From: Zygophlyctis sp. KS116 | Lineage: Eukaryota > Fungi > Chytridiomycota | Assembly: GCA_054661495.1 (NCBI GenBank) | Contig: BAAFSQ010000373.1 | Span: 1-8,657, forward strand | DNA: 8,657 nucleotides | Reading direction: 5' to 3' | Shown: piece after piece, positions 1-5,220 of the stretch | Position numbering within the stretch: the stretch's first letter is position 1 | How the letters are laid out: every line of letters starts with the position of its first letter | Program-made: the position numbers and the translations under genes | Notes under the pieces: model-generated | The model's input: the letters and a program-made list of their open reading frames with translations, nothing else | Told to the model about the DNA's origin: nothing | The model's database searches: none

Positions 1-156
1 TGTTCCGTATGGGTAACCATTTGAATCATATTCAGGATTGGTCACGACTTTCTTACAGCAAGTGAATCCGTACAATTCACCAGAACAGAATCCTAATCCC
101 TGCACAATTATAGTAAAGTTTGTTAAAACAATGATCAAGTCAGTCAATCGAACCAT
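1..156 (-). CDS. 5' fragment of a putative secreted protein: signal peptide plus a Cys-rich fungal dockerin/CBM10-like module (runs off the window edge)
   Basis: ATG at 156 in a gaaaATG context, open to position 1: MVRLTDLIIVLTNFTIIVQG-LGFCSGELYGFTCCKKVVTNPEYDSNGYPYGT. It has a basic residue, a hydrophobic core and a V-Q-G cleavage-like site. The following C-x5-G-F-x-C-C-x8-Y-D-x2-G-x2-Y-G resembles the PF02013 pattern (C..GYPCC..V.Y.D..G.WG.E). Confidence 0.6.
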   Translation of the reverse strand, partial: MVRLTDLIIVLTNFTIIVQGLGFCSGELYGFTCCKKVVTNPEYDSNGYPYGT

Positions 157-185
157 TTTCTTTCAAATTCGTACGTGTGCAATCA

Positions 186-227
186 ATCGCGAAAGTATCG
201 CGTTTTTGGCTATAGAATATGACGTCA
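186..227. promoter_or_regulatory. Motif cluster in a divergent promoter: CGCGAAA (SCB/E2F-like), TCGCGT (MCB-like) and a CRE palindrome TGACGTCA
   Basis: ATCGCG occurs twice (186-191, 197-202). CGCGAAA is at 188-194, TCGCGT at 198-203 and TGACGTCA at 220-227, all between the divergent ATGs at 156 (-) and 352 (+). Function is inferred from motif match only. Confidence 0.35.
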
Positions 228-351
228 ATGATCACGTTGAAGGCATGCAGTGCAATAGATCTAAAGAAACTATGACTTATTGCCGGAATCATTGTATTTA
301 AATTTACAGACTAGAAATATTGTTCATAATAAAACCCTAATGTTAACGCAC

Positions 352-1259
352 ATGGACGATCAAGAGTCAAACGACGAGGAGGAAAGAAGAGTTCTCCGTT
401 CTAAATATAATGAAATGATTCAAATCACAGAAGACAACAGATCTGAATTTCTTCAAGCCGAGTCTTCTAGTTTGTTTGATACTCTAACTGCCGCAAACGA
501 ACTCTTTTCGCATGTAAAATCAACTCACGAGGCACAACTCGATGCAAAGTTATTACTCCATACATCTTCCCTAACTACTCAAAGAGCTCAGAAAGTACAA
601 TTGGAGCAAGGATCATGGGACTTGACTGAATTTTTAAATACTATTTCCAAATTAATAGACAATGGATCGAATAATACGTCTCTGGACGCTTTGCATAATC
701 ATGTAGTAAATGCATCGTTGGCACCGCCTTCAATGTCTTTTATGTAATTCTTAATTTTAAAATATTTAGGCTAGGACCGCTATCAATTGAACCAAAAGCA
801 AGAAAAGAACCAAAGGCACGGACTAGATTAAATAAAGATCCCAATGATTTAGTTCGACCAAAAGAAGTAATTCATTTTACAAAAAATTAATCATAGTTGA
901 CTCAAGATCAAGTTTTATCTGAAGTTAATGAAACTACTCAAAATGTACAAAAATTATATGATCTAGTTCTTCAAGTACAACCAGTTTCCTTGTACAAATT
1001 CTTTATTAATCCGAATTCTTTCTCGGAATCTGTAGAAAATCTGTTTCATTTATCTTTTTTAGTAAGGGATGGTAAAATTTCAATTGATGAAACAGAGCAA
1101 GGGGATCTAATTGTTGAAGCATGCGAACCTCCAACAGAACAAGATTTTCAAAATGGATTAGAGAAAATTCAGAGTGTATTTCATTTTGATAAAAATCTGT
1201 TTGATAAAGCGATAAAAAGATATAATATCAAGGAGGTTATGATTCCAAGAAATGTTTAG
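352..1259 (+). CDS. NSE4: Smc5/6 complex kleisin subunit Nse4/EID3, ~283 aa, 3 exons
   Basis: join(352..743,770..866,897..1259), introns 744-769 (26 nt) and 867-896 (30 nt). Splicing restores the FMLGPL motif. N-terminal [31 protein letters not shown]; Nse4_C winged-helix motif [28 protein letters not shown]. An alternative in-frame ATG is at 340. Confidence 0.92.
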
Positions 1260-1264
1260 CGTCT

Positions 1265-1280
1265 AATAAAAAGGAATAAA
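1265..1280 (+). terminator. Tandem AATAAA polyadenylation signals of NSE4
   Basis: AATAAA at 1265-1270 and 1275-1280, just after the TAG at 1259 and followed by a T-run. Confidence 0.5.
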
Positions 1281-1308
1281 AATTTTTTTTTGCGTCGCCG
1301 CCCAAAAA

Positions 1309-3739
1309 ATGACTTCGTACATCAAGTTTACTCCACTTACAGGAGCCAGGAACTTGGATCCATTGGCTTATCTTCTAGAAGTAGATGATGCAAAGATTCT
1401 TTTAGATTGCGGTGTTTTGCCAGAGTTTGATTTGATGAAATTGGCACCGATCAGGAGAATCGCTAAAAGTATTGATGCAGTACTATTATCCCATGGAGAC
1501 TTAGAGCATTGTGGTGGACTTCCTTATATAATGAAGGGGATGAGTTTTCCGGTTTTTGCGACAATTCCGGTGCACTCTTTGGGACAAATGACAATGTATG
1601 ATTACTTAAAGAACAAGGTTCAAATGGAAGAGTTTGATCATTTTTCAATCTCTGATGTTGATTATGCATTTGAACGCAAGTTGATTTCTCTCAAATATTC
1701 ACAACCATACTCGCTCACTGGAAGATGTTTGGGGATTACTATAACGGCTTATCCGGCTGGGCATACTCTAGGAGGGACAATATGGAAAATTAAAAAAGAT
1801 ACAGATATAATTGTTTATGCGGTTGACTACAATCATAAAAGGGAAAGGTATTATCTTTAATATTTATGTTCTAGGCATTTGAATGGTACAATATTACATG
1901 TTTCTGGAGATTTGTTATCTAGACCAACATTACTTATAACTGATTCTTTTAATTCAACTACAAATCAGCCAGGTAGGAAGCAGAGAGATACATTTTTGAT
2001 TGATACAATTTTGTCAACTTTAAAAGGATCGGGTAATGTTTTAATACCAGTCGATGCAGCGTCTAGAATGCTAGAGCTGGTATATTTGCTTGAACAACTT
2101 TGGGTATTCAATAAAATACCATTTACGATTGTTCTCTTGACACAACAAGGAGCAAAAACAATCGGAATGGTGAAAAATATGTTGGAATGGATGGGTGAGG
2201 CTGCCGCACAGGCTTTTTCACAAAAAAAGGAATCTCCTTTTGATTTCAAGTAAGTAATCATGACTAAAAATAGATGTATCAAGGTTATTCATAAACTTGA
2301 TGAGTTAAATGATGTTATCGGAGCTAAATGTGTTTTGGCTTCTTTATCTACGCTAGATTGTGGATTTTCATTTAAATTATTTCGAGAATGGGCAGAGGAT
2401 GCTAAAAATACTATCATATTGCCTAATAAGGGAACGGATGGATCTTTGGCACGAAAGCTTTACGAAGAATGGAAATCTAAAACTCCTGAAGGTCCAGAGG
2501 ACGAAAAAATAAGGTCTCCTGTGTCTCTTGAACTTCCTTTATCATTGGTGATTAAAGAAAAAGTGCCGCTGGAAGGAGAAGAATTACAAGAATATCTTGA
2601 TCAAGAAGCCGAAAAAAAGCGATTATTAGAGCAAGAAGCAATGAAGAGAGCCATGGCAGAGGAAGATGATGAAGATGAACTATCTGAAATGGAACAAGAG
2701 GAGACAGGTGTCGCCCGATTACCTGAAGTTCTTTTGGATCGATTAGGCCAATTACATCAATATGATATATATGTTAAAGATATGCCAAGAACAGGAGGTT
2801 TTTTCAAACATGCTCAGACTTTTAAGATGTTTCCCATCCATGAGCCACGTATTCGGGTAGATGAATATGGCGAAACCATTGATCCACTACTTTACATGAA
2901 GGATGAAGAAATGGGTATAGCTGAACCTATGATTCCTAATGGGCCAGATGGAATGCAAAAGGTAATTTATATATAGTTAAATGATAGGAGGTAGAATCAC
3001 CAAAACCAAAAGAGGAAGAAATCAAGGATGAAACTCCATCCAAGTATATTGAATATCCTCTTGAGTTGATTGTAAACTCAAAAATAGTATATATAGATTT
3101 TGAAGGCCGATCAGAATCCAAATCTATTAAAAACATTATATCCCAAGTAGATCCTAGAAAACTGGTATGTTTTATTTATTAATTTTAAAGATTCTTGTAC
3201 ATGGAAGTTCTCAAGACACTGACCATTTAGCTCATCATTGTTATGAAAAAGAAAATCTAACAAATGACATTTATGCTCCTTCAGTTGGCCAATGTCTTGA
3301 TGTTTCTAGTGCTACAAACCTATTCAAAATTACATTAACTGATCCTTTAGTGACCTCCTTAAATGTTGCAAAGTTTGGAGACTATGAACTATCTTATATC
3401 TCTGGAGTTGTTAAAAGAGAAAAAATTACAACTGTTCCTGATGAGAATGAACCTCTTAAAGATTTAGAGGGAGAAGAAGAAAAACTAGTGTTGGATGTGG
3501 CACCTTCAGAAACTATAAGATTTCATAAACCTGTAATGATTGGGGATTTAAAATTGTCAGAATTTAGAAATCTTTTAAGTTCTCGTGGATTCTCTGCAGA
3601 CTTTGTATCTGGTGCATTAATTGTGAATGGTCGCGTTATTGTACGCAAAGACGGTAGAAATCTTAAATTGGAAGGAGGAATCAATGCAGATTATTTCTCT
3701 GTTCGTCGATTACTCTATGAATTGCATGCAATTATTTAA
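1309..3739 (+). CDS. CPSF2: Cleavage and polyadenylation specificity factor subunit 2 (CPSF100/Cft2), ~775 aa, 5 exons
   Basis: join(1309..1847,1875..2249,2274..2961,2988..3164,3191..3739), introns of 27, 24, 26 and 26 nt. Motifs: MTSYIKFTPL, ILLDCG, degenerate inactive MBL motif LLSHGDLEHCGGLPY, AGHTLGGTIWKI, YAVDYNHKRERHLNG (across intron 1), DEYGETID, YIDFEGRS..PRKLILVHG (across intron 4), and C-terminal IGDLKLSEF..LEG..YFSVRRLLYE. Confidence 0.96.
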
Positions 3740-3740
3740 G

Positions 3741-3746
3741 AATAAA
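3741..3746 (+). terminator. AATAAA polyadenylation signal of CPSF2
   Basis: AATAAA begins 2 nt after the TAA at 3739 and is followed by T-rich sequence. Confidence 0.45.
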
Positions 3747-3777
3747 TTGTAATTTTTTCAATTGAATTTTATTTTTG

Positions 3778-4397
3778 ATGGGATCATTTTCTTCCAAAGT
3801 AAACGATAAAGACAAGGCTATTCTAGATCTTAAAGTTCAAAGAGACAAATTAAAAGTTTACGCTAAAAAAGTAATTTTAACCATTAACCATAGATATCAG
3901 TCATTTGTCTCCAAGAAACTCAAGTTGCAAAACAACAATTATCTAAAGGAAATAAGACTGGCGCTCTTATCGCTTTAAAGAAGAAAAAATACCAAGAAAA
4001 TCTATTAACTCAAACTGAAAACCAATTACTCGTTCTTGAAGAACTAACCAGTGCAATTGAATACGCGCTCGTTGAATCGCAAGTGATCAAAGGACTAGAA
4101 GCTGGAAATGCAACATTAAAAGCTCTACAAGCAGAAACATCACTTGACGCTGTTCAAAATTTAATGGATGAGACTCAGGATGCCATCGAATATCAGAATC
4201 AAATAGATCTGGCCCTAAGTACTCAGCTAACAGAGTCTGATCAAGCTGAAATTGAAGCAGAGTTGGATTCAATCATAAATTCCATGGCTAATGTTACTGC
4301 TAGTACAAATGATGCATTAATATTTCCTCAAGTTCCTAGTCAAAAATTACCTCAAAAAGTAGTCGGACACAATAAAGAAAAAGCCCTTGCCTCGTAA
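3778..4397 (+). CDS. VPS20: ESCRT-III subunit Vps20/CHMP6 (Snf7 family), ~198 aa, 2 exons
   Basis: join(3778..3870,3894..4397), 23-nt intron 3871-3893 (gtaattttaaccattaaccatag). N-myristoylation motif MGSFSS; DKAILDLKVQRDKLK; ALIALKKKKYQENLL; LMDETQDAIEYQNQI; MIM2-like LIFPQVPSQKLP. Confidence 0.94.
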
Positions 4398-4439
4398 CGC
4401 GAGTCCAGGGTTCTACGTGTTTTATTTTTTTTCCGCAAA

Positions 4440-5139
4440 ATGACTGAAATTGATATGTCGCTTGATGAAATTGTAAGACTATACAACCTAAATCTTAGAT
4501 AAGCAAGAGCAAGGCCACTAGAAAAAGAGGTGGTGCAGTGCGTCGTGATAGAAAGCCAAAACCTGCTCCCTATTCTGTTCCAAAAGCAAAACCTTTGGGT
4601 TCAGAAAAGATCACAGTCTCAAATTTGGCTTATTCTGTAACTGAAAGCGATGTCCGAGAACTATTTTCACAAATAGGTATGATTAAATTTACTTAGAATT
4701 GCAGGGCCATTGAAAGCATGTTCTTTAAACTATAATGCAGAAGGAAAATCAAAAGGAGTCGCAAATGTTGTCTTTACTCGGATCGGAGATGGTGTAAAGG
4801 CAGTTAAAGAGTATAATAATCGTACTTTTGATGGGCGTCCAATGAAGATTGAATTAGTCCTGGCCCCAAATGCTATTCCTACTGTTAGTGCTGCTAATAG
4901 ACTAGGAGCTCCTGTAAAGACTAGAGATGCTTCAGTTGCCAAGAGAGGTAGAGGGGCTGGTCGTGGACGTGGTCGTGGAGGAAAAAGAGGTGGTGCAACT
5001 AGAAAACCTGCTACCGCTGAAGATTTAGATGCGGAATTGGATGGTTATATGAATGATCAAGTAAGTTTTGTATGCTAAAAATAAGGATATGGATGATGCT
5101 GGTGCAGCTGCTTCAGTTGAATTGGCGACAGCTCTATAA
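4440..5139 (+). CDS. YRA1: mRNA export adaptor Yra1/ALYREF/THOC4 (RRM plus RGG), ~206 aa, 4 exons
   Basis: join(4440..4472,4499..4676,4705..5060,5086..5139), introns of 26, 28 and 25 nt. N-terminal UBM IDMSLDEII; RRM (KITVSNLAYSVTESDVRELFSQIGPLK..GKSKGVANVVF..FDGRPMKIELV); RG-rich tract; C-terminal UBM TAEDLDAELDGYM. The last exon is less certain, since the unspliced form stops at 5078. Confidence 0.92.
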
Positions 5140-5220
5140 TTCTGTTTATCACTGGTTTTTATAAAAAGAAAATAATCTTGCTTTTAAAAGGACTTTTTTC
5201 AAACTAAGAGGAAAATCTTG

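Noticed and set aside
38-301. 87-aa + strand ORF
   Set aside because: It has a non-ATG start and no recognisable motif, is antisense to the signal-peptide gene, and runs through promoter sequence.
1309-3739. Active metallo-beta-lactamase nuclease (CPSF73, IntS11) or a resistance enzyme
   Set aside because: The HxHxDH motif is degenerate (SHGDLEH), and the N- and C-terminal motifs are CPSF100-specific.
1260-4439. Spliced-leader trans-splicing operon or prokaryotic operon
   Set aside because: No AG acceptor follows the T-runs in any spacer, and the genes are intron-containing eukaryotic genes. The aagga at 1271 is too far from the ATG to be a Shine-Dalgarno site.
1463-4942. Minus-strand ORFs 1463-1669, 1965-2282, 2936-3136, 4087-4272 and 4730-4942
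   Set aside because: These are antisense shadows of CPSF2, VPS20 and YRA1 exons with no protein-like features.
4943-4995. Short ggtcgtgga-type repeats
   Set aside because: They simply encode the RG/RGG tract of Yra1.
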